Positions 13,201 to 26,300 of a DNA stretch of 64,000 bases are shown piece after piece (the stretch's first letter is position 1; each line of letters begins with the position of its first letter). The notes below the pieces were generated by a model. It saw only the letters and a program-made list of their open reading frames with translations, had not been told where the DNA came from and ran no database searches. The translations under genes and the position numbers were made by a program. The stretch spans positions 14,446,001 to 14,510,000 of the forward strand of contig JBHGNT010000007.1 in the NCBI GenBank assembly GCA_043228905.1, given 5' to 3'. Source of the stretch: Azolla caroliniana. Lineage: Eukaryota > Plantae > Polypodiophyta.

Positions 13201-15698
13201 GAAGAAGAATGGTTTCGTGAGATGCTGGAGCAACATGGAAAAGCATTCGTATTCACATCAAGAGAGATAGGGTGCGTTAATCCGAAGATAGTAGAATCGA
13301 TGGTGATCTTCTCGATTTATCATGTGTCGTGGAACCTGAAGCCGATTCCGGTGCCACGGGCGCATATTCCGAAAATCATTGACTTGCTCAAGGAGAAGGT
13401 GGCGATGGGGATTCTAGAGCCATCAAATGCTCCGTACTCAAATAGATGGTTTACGGTTCCTAACAAGAATGGGTCACTCCGATTCATTCAAGATTTGCAA
13501 CCGATGAACAAAGTCACGATCCGGAACTTCAGAGTCGGTCCGATAGTGGACGAATTTGTGGAAGTGTTTGCCAGACATGCGATATACTCCATCGGAGACC
13601 TATACTCCGGGTATGACCAATTCCAACTAGCCGTGCAGAGCCGAGATATCACTACAATGCAAACACCGATAGGATTAGTTCGGATGTGCATGATACCACA
13701 AGGAGCGACAAACTCGGTCGCACATATGCTGAATGCAATGAACAAGGTGCTCCGAGACTGCATTCCGGAGATAACAATGTCGTTCCTACATGACATTCCG
13801 ATGAAAGGATGTGCGGTGGAAGAAAAAGATGAGACTATGGATGATCGAGGATGCTGAAAGTTTGTAGTTGACCATATTCGCGATTGCGAGAAAGTGCTAC
13901 AGAAGTTAGAAGATGTGCACCTAACACTCTCCGGAGAGAAATCGGCATTTGGACAAGAAGAGATATTGCTAGTCAGACATCTATCTGGGCCCTATGGCCG
14001 AAGACCGTCACTAGTCAAGATTGATGCGATTCAAGCTATACAAGAAATATGCGAGTCACAATCTGAAGTTCGTAGATTTCTTGGTGCATGTGCATTTTAT
14101 CACATATGGATTCCACACTATGCACACATTGCGGACCCACTCTATCACTTGCTGCGGAAGGGTAAGAAGTTCGAATGGAGGCCGGAACATATCAAAGCCA
14201 TAAAGAAGCTCAAGAAAACACTACGGAGGGCAAAAGCACTTAAGAAGCCAAACTATGACCGACCGATCATAGTGATGGTTGATACAAGTTCAATCGGGAT
14301 CGGATGGGTCATCAATCAAGTCGAATCGAATGGTTCGCAATATCTGATCCAATTCGGAGCAAAAGTTCTCAATGAAAGGCAACACGGATATGCACAAGTT
14401 AAAAGAGAATTATGGGGAGTCATGTTAGTGATAAAATCAGATCGAGATTATTTGATCAGAGCCAAAGTAGTGATCGAAACAGATTGTCTTCTGATACTCG
14501 GGATGATGCGGTGTTGTACGATACCGGATATGGCTATGCTAAGATGGATTGCATATGTAAAGTTGCTTAATCCGGAGGTACAACACATCTCCAGAAAAGA
14601 CAATGCGGTAGCGGATATGCTTTCAAGGGCATGGTTCGGAGACGACATAACCGAATCCGATAATGAAGAAGTTTCCGAAAACTACTTTAGAGCACATATG
14701 CCGGGTGAACGTAATCCAAGAATTTCGGGAAGCCGAATACGAGGGAGAAAGCCTGATGATCGGGAAGGTGCTAAAAGAAATCGAGGAATCATCGGACAAT
14801 ATGGAAAAGAGAGCTGAGATCCGAAGTAAGAAGCGGCAAGTATGGAAGTTCTTCTTGAACAATGGATTAATCTGGAGGGAGCCGAAAAGACCGGATGGCA
14901 TACCGCTGCGGGTAGTCGGAACAAAAGAGCAATGAAATCGAATAATATTCGAATTTCATGAATCCGATTGGGCTGGACATCGGGGAACATGGGCAACATT
15001 TTCGAAGATCAAGCAAAAATATTGGTGGAAGAATATGTACAAAGATGTAGTGGAGTTCACGGGAAGCTGCGAGAAATGCCAAATCTACTCAGGAGTTCGG
15101 CACCGAGATGAATTACATCTGACATTCTCACCGAAAATCAGCTTCAAATGGATGGTCGACATTGTGGCCATGCCCACCGGGATCAGACAAAAGAAGTACT
15201 TGGTATTAGCTCGGGAAGATCTGACGAACCAAGTAGAAGGTCAGGCGCTAAGGAGGAAAACATGTTTTGCAATATGTCAATTTCTCTTGGAAGAAGTGTT
15301 CTGTAGGTACGGGTGCATAGGACAAGTGATTGCGGATCAGGGAGAACTTGACTATGATAAAGCTAGGGAATTCTTCACCAAACATGGAGTACGATTAACA
15401 CTAGCCACGACATACAATCTGGAAGCCAACGGGAAGATCGAACGAGGACATAGTCCAATCGTTAAAGCACTTGCAAAAGCATGCGATGGAAGGGTGAAAA
15501 TTTGGCCGTAGATGCTTTCGTATGCACTATGGGTAGATTGCACAACGCATAGTTCCGTGATAGGTTATATGCCAGCGGAACTTATGACCGGCCAAGCACT
15601 GGTAATGCTGGCGGAAACCGCAATTGCGACATGGACAGTGCTGCCGTGGAATGAAGAGATGAGTTGAGAAGAACTACTAGTGGTTTGGATACGACAAC

Positions 15699-17944
15699 TG
15701 CCACGACACAGTGACGTCAAAGACACACTTAGTGAGGATTGAACTCGTAACCTCACATCTAGTATTCTTGTTCCATTCCATCTTGTCTCCTTCATTTTTG
15801 TCTTCATGCTCGTGTCATTCCCAACTTCTTAAGTTCCACGCTCTTAGCCCCATCATGCATGCTTCGTCGTAGTCCATGGTTGGTGTGTCTGTGACAATTT
15901 GAATCCCTTCCAACTAGAAGCATCACCCTTCTTCGTCATCGCCTTCGCCTCTAGAGTTACCATCATCACTGTCCTTGCTTCCGGAGTTACCATCATCAAC
16001 ATCCCTGTCTTTGACATCATCATTTTCAACACCTCTTCGCCAAGCTTCATCCTCATCAACACTACTTTGCATGGTCTTTCATCATCATCATTGTTCCACC
16101 CTCTTCATTGTCATTATTATCATCTATAGGCATCATTTAGCATCACAATTTTGGTGAGGATTGCCTTCGATCGCTCACCTTCCCAGTTGCTGTGGGGGTC
16201 ACAACCGCTCACTTTCCTGGTGAGGATCGGATCATTGCTCGCTTGCACTCCATTTCCATTTTAGTTCAAGTCTCGCTCCACATTCCTTTGGCAAGGACCG
16301 ATTTTGATCTCTCACCTTCTACTTCTGGTGGGGGCCACAACCGCTCACTTTCCTGGTGGGGATCGCATTAGTTTCTCGCTAGCACCTCTCATGATAGAAG
16401 AAGATTTTGGTGAGGATTGATTTCGATCGCTCACCTTCCCAGTTCAAGTGGGGGTCACAACCGCTCACTCTTCTCGTGGGGATCGGATCATTGCTCACAC
16501 GCATTCCATTTTCATTTTAGTTCAAGTCTCGTGCCACTTTCCTTTGGCGAGGACCGATTTCGATCACTCACCTTCAAGTTCCGGTGGGGGTCACAACCGC
16601 TCACTTTTCTGGTGGGGATCACGCTAGTTTCTCGCTAGCACTACCATTTGTGCTGTGTTTTGGGTCAACCTCGACTTACCCTCTCATAATAGAAGAAGTC
16701 GAGTTGACTGCTTCACTTGCACTCCTTTGCCCGTTCGTGTTCCAATTCTTGGTGAGGGCAGCATGGTAGCTCACCAAGGTTCGTGTTCCAGTTCTCGGTG
16801 AGGACCCCATGGTCTCTCGCTCCCGTTCGTGTTCCAGTTCCTAGTGATGATCGCATGGTCGCTCACGCCCGTTCGTGTTCCCGGTGAGGGCAACATGGTC
16901 ATTCACGCCCATTCGTGTTCAAGTTCCCGGTGAGGGCCGCACATGGTCGCTCACGCCCGTTCGTGTTCGAGTTCCCGGTGAGGGCCGCATGGTTGCTCAC
17001 CTGTTCCTGTTCGCGTTCCCTATGAGGGCTACATGTTCGCTCACTCCCGTTCGTGTTCTAGTTCCTGGTGAGGGCCGCATAGTCGCTCACTCCCGTTCAT
17101 GTTCCAGTTCCCGGTGAGGGCTGCATGGTCGCTCACTCCCGTTCGTGTTCCAATTCCCGATGAGGGCTGCATGGTCGCTCATGCTTGTTCATGTTCCCGG
17201 TGATGACCGCACATGGTCGCTCACGTCTGTACGTGTTCTAGTCTTCGGTGAGGGCCATACATGGTCGCTCACACCCATCGGGGTTCCTCTCCGGTGAGGA
17301 CCGTACATGTCGCTCACGCCCGTTGGTGTTCCAATCTCCGGTGAGGACTGCACATGGTCACTCACACCCATTGGTGTTCTAGTCTCCGGTGAGGACAACA
17401 TATGGTTCCTCGCCCGTTAGTGCTCCAATTCCCGTTCACCCCTACACCACGGTTTCAAAAAGGCGATCGTAAAGGGGAGGATAATGTCACGACACAGTTA
17501 GTGAGGATTGAACTCGTAACCTCACATCTACAAGATATCATACTCAACCATTTTGATATAAACATGCATTTGTATATAATATTGGTTTAGTATTATATAG
17601 TCTAGCATATAGTACATTTCAGAATCAAAATATTCTAGTCGGTAGTATATTCTAGAAATATCGTACGTCATATTCGAGATGAGTATATTCTAGACATATT
17701 TCTCGAGTATATTCTAGAGATATTAATTCTCGGAACATGTATAAATACTTGTAACCTCCTTGGTCCCTTTCAAGGGATTCAACACGAGTCATTGACACAT
17801 CAATCTAGTATTCTTGTTCCATTCCATCTTGTCTCCTTCATTTCTGTCTTCATGCTCTTGTGTCATTCCCAACTTTTTAAGGTCCACGCCCTTAGCCCCA
17901 TCATGCATGCTCCGTCGTAGTCCATGGTTGGTGTGTCTATGACA
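15699..17944 (+). mobile_element. Non-autonomous, non-coding LTR element (TRIM/LARD-like) inserted in the integrase of element A
   Basis: 5' LTR 15699-15896 (internally deleted), 3' LTR 17485-17944, PPT AAAGGGGAGGATAA, TSD ACAAC/ATAAC; host frame IRQL|ERRP resumes. Confidence 0.85.
16730..17430 (+). repeat. Tandem array of ~46-bp hairpin-forming units (~15 copies)
   Basis: Consensus GGTGAGGGCCGCATGGTCGCTCACTCCCGTTCGTGTTCCAGTTCCC. Confidence 0.9.
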
Positions 17945-18303
17945 ATAACTAGAGAGAAGACCGAAAGACATAGCGGAAGCATTATGCCGACAACAAGAAC
18001 CATGGTTCCAAAACAAAAGTCGGTTCCAGAACAATAGTCGATTCAACACAAAGCACCGTCTATGACCATGAAAAATTGAAGAACGAGATTGGGTGATAGT
18101 CTATGACAATAGTTTGGATCATCAACACACAACAATCCGGAAATTCGCTAAAAGGTGGTTCAGACCATACGAAGTTCGGAAAGTTTTCGACAACGGAACC
18201 TACCAACTAAGTGAGTTCGATGGAATGGTACTACGGGTGCCTATAGCGGGGAAATGGGTGAAGATTTTCAAGAAGCGAACTGACGATGAACCCTACGTGA
18301 CCT

Positions 18304-18734
18304 TGTAAAAGAATAACGTGTGTGGAAGCGTAACAGACACAACCACGTAACACAGATGACAAAGAGAAGGTTTAATGGAAATCTTTGAACACGACACAAC
18401 ATATGCAGGAGAGACAGAGAATGAGAGAGAGAGCGAGCAGAACACACAAAACTTAGATTAAAAAATAACTCTCTGTAACTCTATACAAGATGCGCTCAAT
18501 CGACGCTTTTTATACAAGTCCTTATGGACAGACAGAAGTATTGTCAGAGTACTGACACATACTTCAATGCTCATTAATGAGCCTCCTACACTAACTCCCA
18601 AAATTATTCCTTATGAGGAATAACGCTCTAACGGCCTCTCGGCTTACGCACCGTTACGACCTTTGTGCGTACGGTTTTATGCACCCAGTCTATGCACTGG
18701 GTTACGCACCCAATGTTGAGCTTGTATCTCAACA
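18304..18734 (-). mobile_element. Solo LTR (431 bp)
   Basis: TGTAAAA...CTCAACA with perfect TSD GACCT (18299-18303, 18735-18739). Confidence 0.85.
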
Positions 18735-20250
18735 GACCTTAAACAAGATTGTCAACGAGGAGCAATCGGATTGAAAGATCTCGGTGGTGCGGAAAGCGAA
18801 GAAAGTGGGCTAGAATTGATAATCGACATAAGGGGAGAATCTGAGAGTGCTACAGATGAAGGAGAATAACATGGATCGGAATTTCGGCACATACCGGAGG
18901 ATGTGCGGGTTCGGAGGGGGCGAGTGTCATAGTGTAATTTGCACACTACATGAAATATGTAAGAAATATTCGATTAAGTATGCATAAAGAAATAAAAGAA
19001 AATATTAAAATATATTTTACATGCATAGGGCAAGATTCCAACCCCATACCTCCATGTAAACAAACCCCAAACCTTACCATTGTACTAACATATCATAAGT
19101 GATCTTAATATAAATTTAATAGATATAAGACTTATATTTACGCCTATTTTATAAAAAACAACCCATGCACATTTAGAGTGCGTAAAAACTTTATTTAGAA
19201 GAAAAACGCAAATAAAGAAAAAGTTACTCATGCAAGTCTAGAGTGCATGAGTAGTATATTTAGAAATTAAAAGCATGGTAGAAAAAGCTATTCAGGACCA
19301 TCTAGTGAGCACGAACAATTTAGAAAAACATTATGCTATGTTTAGCCTCTTCCATCACTATATAGGGAAGAGAGAAAGATGTATATGGTTAATTTTTTGT
19401 AAGGGTTGATTAATATATTATATTCGTGGGATTCACGAATTTGCCATCTATTTCTCTCTTGCAATCTAAATTCATATTCTTTCCTAAACATTAATTAAGA
19501 CACTATACTCGTGGGATTCACGAGTTTCATATATTTCTTTCTTATAATCTATTCATATTCATAACTAAACTCGTCTCAAATTCTTCCTCCTCCTAGTCCA
19601 AAACCCGACTCACGCAACGATCCGGCGCCGAAAGGCACGACAACGTATATAACAAGGTTGTGGGTTCAAATCCTTTTGAGTCATAATGACAAGTCATCAT
19701 GATACTACCCCCCTTCTTCGACGACACGTATGACGGATCTTATGGTTTGTACTAGGACTTGGTTTACGAGGATATCGGACATTCGCAAGATTTGTTACAG
19801 GTTCCCAAGTTCGATCATTGGGTGTATAGCCTAACCAATCAACCAAGTAATACAACTTGTTGTGCATGATTCTAATCGAGAATGGCAACAACCTCCAATT
19901 CGGGCCCTTCAAAGAACTCAACAGGTGGCGGGGGAGTTGTAAGAGGACCCAGAATTGAACTTGTGGTGTAAGGTTCCAAAAGGGATACATGAAATACCGT
20001 ATGAAGACGCATTGCGGAGGGAGGCCAAGATGAAATGCAACATCACTTATCTTACTAGTGATCATGTACGAACCAAAACATTGGTAATCCAATTTACCGC
20101 AAGGCTTATTGGTCTTGATGTTGTATTCGAGAAGCCATACACGATCCCCAACACAAAACTTTTTGGAGTCTAGGTGATGACAATCCACAAGCCTCTTGTG
20201 TGTAACTTGAGTATCATGCCAATTGTGGAGACTCCCAAGGAGGTTACGTG

Positions 20251-21107
20251 TGTCAGGAACAGTACTAAGACAGAGAGGGAATTAGTACTAAAAGATGCGA
20301 GTTAGTACTAAGAGAGAGAAAAGGGTGTAGAACTCACGAGAGAAGGAGAGAGAAAGAGAGAAAGAGAGGAGAGATAGAGAGAGAGAGAGACATAGAGAGA
20401 GAGAGAGACATAGAGAGAATGATGATAACAAAAGATATATTATATTATATGAAGAGTAAGTATAAGAATAGCTATGAGGCGTAAGACTGGCGTTGAACCG
20501 ATTTGGTTCGAAATAATGCCTTGTGCCTCCTTTTATAGTATTTTCAGGAGTACTCTTGAAGTTTCTAAAATGTTCTAGAGAAATCTAGAAATATACATCA
20601 ATTTTCTATAGTAATATAATAAATGAAAATAATATCCTTCGTATTACAATATATAGTCTAATGGCAAGGGATCGACCCATGTAACATAAGGTCATGGGTT
20701 TGAATCTGGCCATATCATGAGACTATCCCCCTTTGAAAACGACGAGTGTTACGAGTCGTTTTGGATTGAGGACCCAGTTTGTTTGGATATTGGCAATGGA
20801 AGTCTTCAAGAAGAGTACGAGCATTGGACACATTCTCAATTGGTTCCCAAGTACGCTCGCTAGGGCTATATCCTAGCCAATAGACCAAATAGTAGAGCTT
20901 GTTACGAACAATCTTTGAATCGAGGATGGTGGCAACCTCTTACTCAGGTCCATCTTCAAGTTTGATTGGAGGTGGAGGTGGTTTGATACGACCTAGGATA
21001 GTGCTGTCTTGATAGGGTTGTAGAAGAGAACTATGAAATATCGGATGTATCTATAGTTGCGGAGGTAGATCGAGACGTAAAGTGACATCATTAATTTTTC
21101 CGATAAT
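20251..21107 (-). mobile_element. 3' end of a Tcn1-like chromovirus (chromodomain plus 3' LTR 20251-20722)
   Basis: KLYYLVYWLGYSPSERTWEPIENVSNA chromodomain; PPT next to 20723; LTR homologous (inverted) to 23514-23927. Confidence 0.8.
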
Positions 21108-23355
21108 TGTTGGCCGGAGTATGATCCAAGGAGCAAGTGAGAAAGGGGCGAGCCGAAATAAGTAGATAATTATTTAATTAGAAATATTATTCGGAACGGA
21201 CGGATTTGGAATAGTTGTACTGATCTAGATCCGAACCAATTCATAGCCGGTTGCCAATATGGCACCGTTTTGTATTTAGACCGGAGGCCTATAAAAGGAT
21301 CCGACGCAATGTAAAGAACTACGGAAGTAATATAAGTTTTGGAATTAATTAAGTAACGTGTTGATTGTCTCGTGTACTTGTCGTCTGTGCTTAATCATCA
21401 ATCTTATGTGTGTTAAAAAATCAAATCATCCTAACCCTAACCACACCTTTGGTGAAGTGATCCGGAAGGACACCTTGTGTTTGTGGCTAGTCCGGCCCAG
21501 GATAAACACAGTTTTGGCGATCACGATTCCTGCAACGTGTAGAGAACACTGGGGAATGGATGACTAGACCGACGAACGACCCGATTACTGAATGAGGAAG
21601 AAGACTAGCTGAAAGAGTGCAAAGGCGGGAAGCCTTCCAACAAGCGACCGAGGAGATCCGATAGGACTAGTCTTTTCCCAGAGTGCTTCGGCGGGTCACG
21701 GAGGAAGCACTTCAGTTGCAAAATCAACAATTTTTCGATGAGGGCAGCAACATGAGTAGTTTGTAGGAGGCAGAATCGATACTGCAAACCCTCGCCGTAG
21801 GCGATGGAGACTCGAAGGCATTCTCCGCCATGGAGTTGGAATTAGATAGTGAGTAGAGTGTTTAGTCGAACTATCATAGCAACCACAATACTCCAGACGA
21901 CCCGGAGGAAGACGATTCGGAACACACATCGACACCGGAACCGACAGAAAAATTAACCATATTACTAGTGGTGCGGCAATCTAATGATAAGACCGAATGC
22001 CAACCGATGCCACCACCGGAACGACTAGCGGAGAAAATAGAGGAGCGCAAACCGACACCGCCACTAGATTGACAGGCAGAGAAAGCGGAAGAGGGCAAAC
22101 CGACACCGCCACTAGACCGAGAGGTGGAAGAGCGCATACAGACACCACCACCCCCGACACAACCTTTTGAAGAAAACATCATGCCGTACCCCTACTTGAA
22201 GACCGAGATGAGCTAGATGCGGAGGCACACGTGTATACTTGCTTGCAAACGTGGGAAGCAAACCATGTCTCACAACGACTGACGGACACAGAAGCCGAAC
22301 TGTCCAAGATTGCGGAATTCGGTATGACGCTGGAAGGATCAGCGGCACGGTGGCACGCAAAGCACCTGCCCGGAAGCTTTGTGACATTTGATTCCCTAAA
22401 TACCAAATTCCTGCGACTATTCCACTGGCAGGTGGAATAGAGAGAGTTGGTCGGCCAATTTTACACAACTTATCAAGAGGAACACGAAACAATGCCATAG
22501 TTTATTATCCGGTTTCAAACACTCCATAATCAAATGAGGAGCCCGAAGATGAGGCAAAGGCAGTATTTTTGGCTGCACTATGGGAACCCCTTCGAACAGT
22601 GTGCGTGGTACTGGACTTTCGGACCAGTACAATAGATCAAGTCATTGACCGGGTATTGGAGATGGATAAGAATAGCTCTCTGATGTCAATGGGAGATCTC
22701 CAACGAGCTCTTCCGAAAGACGAGGATCTCCAATTCCATTAGGCAGTGCAATGCACAACATGCCTGAACCTTGATCATTCCACACTAGAATGTACGATGA
22801 GAACACACTGCATGCTATGCCACTCACGGTCACACACAATGGACCGGTGTGAGTACAATTTGCTAAATGGGCAAGCAACACCCGTTCGGCACATTGAACC
22901 CTGGAATGAGTAGGAACCTGACGAAGAATGATTCTGGAGGGAGGACCGATACCGACAAGAACGCGGAGATCGGTATAATGATAGAAGATGGGATGACTAT
23001 GACCGAGACCACGATGACCAACGCAAAGACAACTATAACCGAGATCGATATGAGCGCGACTACTCCCCGAAGTACGACAACAGACGGTACCCGGCATGAC
23101 AGGGTTACCGGAATCATCGATGCAACAATCGAAGAGGACATTTTCGCTGGGACGAGCATCGGGAGGCAGCCCGAGAATACAACTGGGGACTGGATACAAA
23201 CACAACTGTGGCACCACTGGAACAACGAAAGACGGAAGACAACAACCGAATGACTTCTGGCACTATTATTATTATTATTGCTGGAAGGAAGGTCACTATA
23301 GTAGCCAATGTCCGGTCAAGACGAATGAGAAACCACCGGCGGTAAACATGGTAAT
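21108..23355 (+). mobile_element. 5' part of a Gypsy element (LTR 21108-21508, PBS, gag), truncated
   Basis: TGTTGG...TAAACA LTR; TGGCGATCAC PBS at 21515; Gag KIAEFGMTLEGSAARW; CCHC-like CWKEGHYSSQC at ~23280. Confidence 0.7.
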
Positions 23356-26300
23356 TGTCATGATATGACAAGACTCAAACCGATGACCTTATGTTACATG
23401 GGTCGAGTTCTTGACCATTAGACTATATGTTGTAATACTAAAGATATTATTTTCATTTAAGTTTTACTATAGAAAATTGATATATATTCCATATTTCTCT
23501 GGAACATGGTAACTGTCATGATATGACAAGACTCAAACCGATGACCTTATGTTACATGGGTCGAGTTCTTGACCATTAGACTATATGTTGTAATACTAAG
23601 AATATTATTTTCATTTAAGTTTTACTATAGAAAATTGATATATATTCTAGATTTCTTTGGAGCATTCTAAAAACTTCAGGAGTACTCTTGAGAACACTAT
23701 AAAAGGAAGCACAAGGCATTATTTCAAACCAAATCGGTTCAACGCCAATCTTAAGCCTCCTAAGCTACTATTTTATATTCTCTTAACATAATATATATCT
23801 TTTGTTATTATCATTCTCTCTCTCTCTCACTCACTCTTTCCTTCTCTCAAGAGTTCTACACCTCCCTTAGTACTAATCCTCATCTTTTAGTACTAATTCC
23901 TTCTCTGTCTTAGTAATGTTCCTGACAATACTTCTTTTTCTTAGTACTGTCTGTTCCTAACATTTTGAACCGATTTTCGTGTCCTTCCTTCTCTACCTTA
24001 TCTTCTTACTTCTCACTCCCTTCATACTAATCTCTTATTCCTCTTTTCTCTCATACTATGGCCATTGTTAGTGCTCAAGAATATCAATCTGTTTTCTTGG
24101 AGTTGCAATGCTTGAAAGAGAAGTTTCTCGTATTGGAACAAGAAGATCAACGACTGTTGGGGGAGCTTCAAAAAATCTCCTTAGAGAAGTAGCAGATGCA
24201 ACAACAACATGGGGAACTAGTGTTACGCGTGCAACCACTCAAAGCAACCATAGTAGCGATGCAACAACAAGGACCCAGTATGCAAGGGATTCATAAAGAA
24301 CCCAAGATCGGTCTTCCCATGAAATTCGATGGAACACGATCGCAGTTTAGAGAATTCCTTAATCAGGTACGATTAATAATTCAAATGCATCCTTCCCGAT
24401 ATCCCACTGATGCATCACGAGTGGGTTTAGTAGGCATGTTGTTAAGTGGCTCAACTTTGGCATGGTTTGCTGCGTTGTTAGAAAAGGAATCTCGTTTACT
24501 AAACAATTTTGAAGAGTTTTTAAGTGAGTTTAAAGCCTGTTTTGGAGGTACTGACAACATAAGGACAACAATCAACAAAATCCGAAGATTACGTCAAGGT
24601 GATCATCCAGCCTCTGCATACGCTGCAAATTTCTTCCTACTCGCCTCCGATATCCCCTGGGATGATCAAGCACTAATGGAGCAATTTCGTTACCGTCTAC
24701 GTAATGATGTCAAGGATTTACTCTTGACCTTCCCCGAAGAACCAAAGTCATTGACAGAAGCAATAAGTCACACGGTGAGATGTGACAACCGTCTTTTCGA
24801 ACAACGTTCGAAACGTCAGTTCCAGATGCCAAGGGCAAGATTAGAGCCCACCTCAATGGTAGCAAAACCTTTTCCAAGGGAGTCATATAATGTGTGTCCA
24901 GTGAATACTCCAACTCTGATGGAAATTGACACTACACGTCGTCGTGGACCATTACCTTAAGAAGAAAAGCAACGACGCCGAGCAAATCGACTATGTCTTT
25001 ATTGCGGTGGACCAGGGCATATTGCAGTGAACTGTCCCCATAGGCCAAGAAGACAAGTAAACCAAATAATTGCTAGTTCTAATTGTACTAAACCGGAGTC
25101 TAGTTAAGTAGGAATATATGATAGTCCTACTAGTACTAATAACCCAAATCTATCGAACAAATTTGATGTCCTTAGTCAGTTAGAAGAAGAGTTAAACAAC
25201 TAAGTCCAACCAAAATAGGAGCTGTTTGGTTGGACAACCGTAGATCTGTGTCGCCCATTAGTGGTTCCATTCCCTCTAATCCAATTAGCAATGTGTTCTT
25301 AGCCCAAGTAACACTTAGTACTAAAAGTACCTCTCCAGTAGATGTGTCAACACTCCTAGATTCCGGAGCTAATTCTTGCTTCATGGATAGGAAATTTGCC
25401 CAAGCTCATCAGATATCCCTAAGAAAACTATCGTGTCCAGCCTCTGTAGTAGTCATTGATGGTCGTCCCACTGCTTCTGAAAATATCATACAAGAGTCAG
25501 AGCCCGTTAATATTGTCCTAGATAATTTAGCATGTGTAGTATCCTTTAATATAATTAGTATCCTAGAACATCCCATTGTTTTGGGATTACGATGGTTCGA
25601 GTTACATAACCCAGACATAGATTGGAGAACAAGAGAAATCCGGTATTGACAAACCCGAGGATCTACTCATAAGATTGCAACCATTTCGCTACATCAGTTG
25701 CGTGAGGAAGGATGCAAGGAAGAAATGTTTCTCTTCGCAGTATCAGTAAAACCCTCTAACACCACTAAAGAGGACTCCACCATTCAACTTCTAGAGAAGT
25801 ATCGTCATTATGCCGATGTGTTCGATAAAGTACAAGCCAATACGCTTCCTCACCATCGACTGTATGAATGCCCCATCAATTTACAACTGGGAAAAGAGCC
25901 ACCATGGGGACCAATCTACAATTTGTCACCAACCAAGCTAGAAGTCCTTTGAGCCTATATAGAGGAGAATTTGGCAAATGGTTTCATTCGACATTCGAAA
26001 TCTCCAGCCGGCGCACCCATTTTCTTCGTCAAGAAAAAGGATGGATCACTTCGTCTCGTCGTAGATTACCGTGACTTGAATAAGGTCACCATTAGGAATA
26101 GGTATGCACTTCCCCTTATCTCACGTCTTTTAGAATGGATCAATGGTGCAATGTTCTTCAAAAAGATCGACTTACGAGGAGCATATAACCTTGTATTGAT
26201 CCGACCAGGAGATGAATGGAAGACTGCATTTCGCACCAGATATGGGCACGTTGAGTATACAGTCATGCCATTCGGCTTCACTAATGGAACAAAAGTATTC

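Larger units (their letters stand above)
10599..18300 (+). pseudogene. gag-pol of element A (disrupted)
   Basis: Gag MENQQEA...FNGKDVSRYL and CIWCDSTEHDRKDC knuckle; protease LI(N)HG*EINL; RT DLYSGYDQF/PQGATNS/FLHDIP; RNase H VDTS; integrase HESDWAGH...CEKC, NGKIERGH. Confidence 0.85.
6835..19642 (+). mobile_element. Element A: full-length degenerate non-chromovirus Ty3/Gypsy (Phygy-like) LTR retrotransposon
   Basis: 5' LTR 6835-10560 (interrupted), 3' LTR 18925-19642, both TGTC...GACA; 4-bp TSD ACGT; PBS TGGTGAACTCGACGTG (tRNA-Trp-like) at ~10565; PPT GGAGGGGGCGAG; domain order gag-PR-RT-RH-INT. Confidence 0.9.
6461..20245 (-). mobile_element. 3' end of a chromovirus (Tcn1-like Gypsy): integrase C-terminus and chromodomain (19705-20245) plus a 3' LTR (6461-6834 + 19643-19704) split by element A
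   Basis: YYLVDWLGYTPNDRTWEPVTNL chromodomain; PPT at ~19705-19718; the two LTR halves rejoin across TSD ACGT; architecture matches the LTR at 20251-20722. Confidence 0.75.

Noticed and set aside
16730-17430. CRISPR-like array
   Set aside because: Units are tandem repeats without unique spacers, there are no cas genes, and the context is a eukaryotic LTR element
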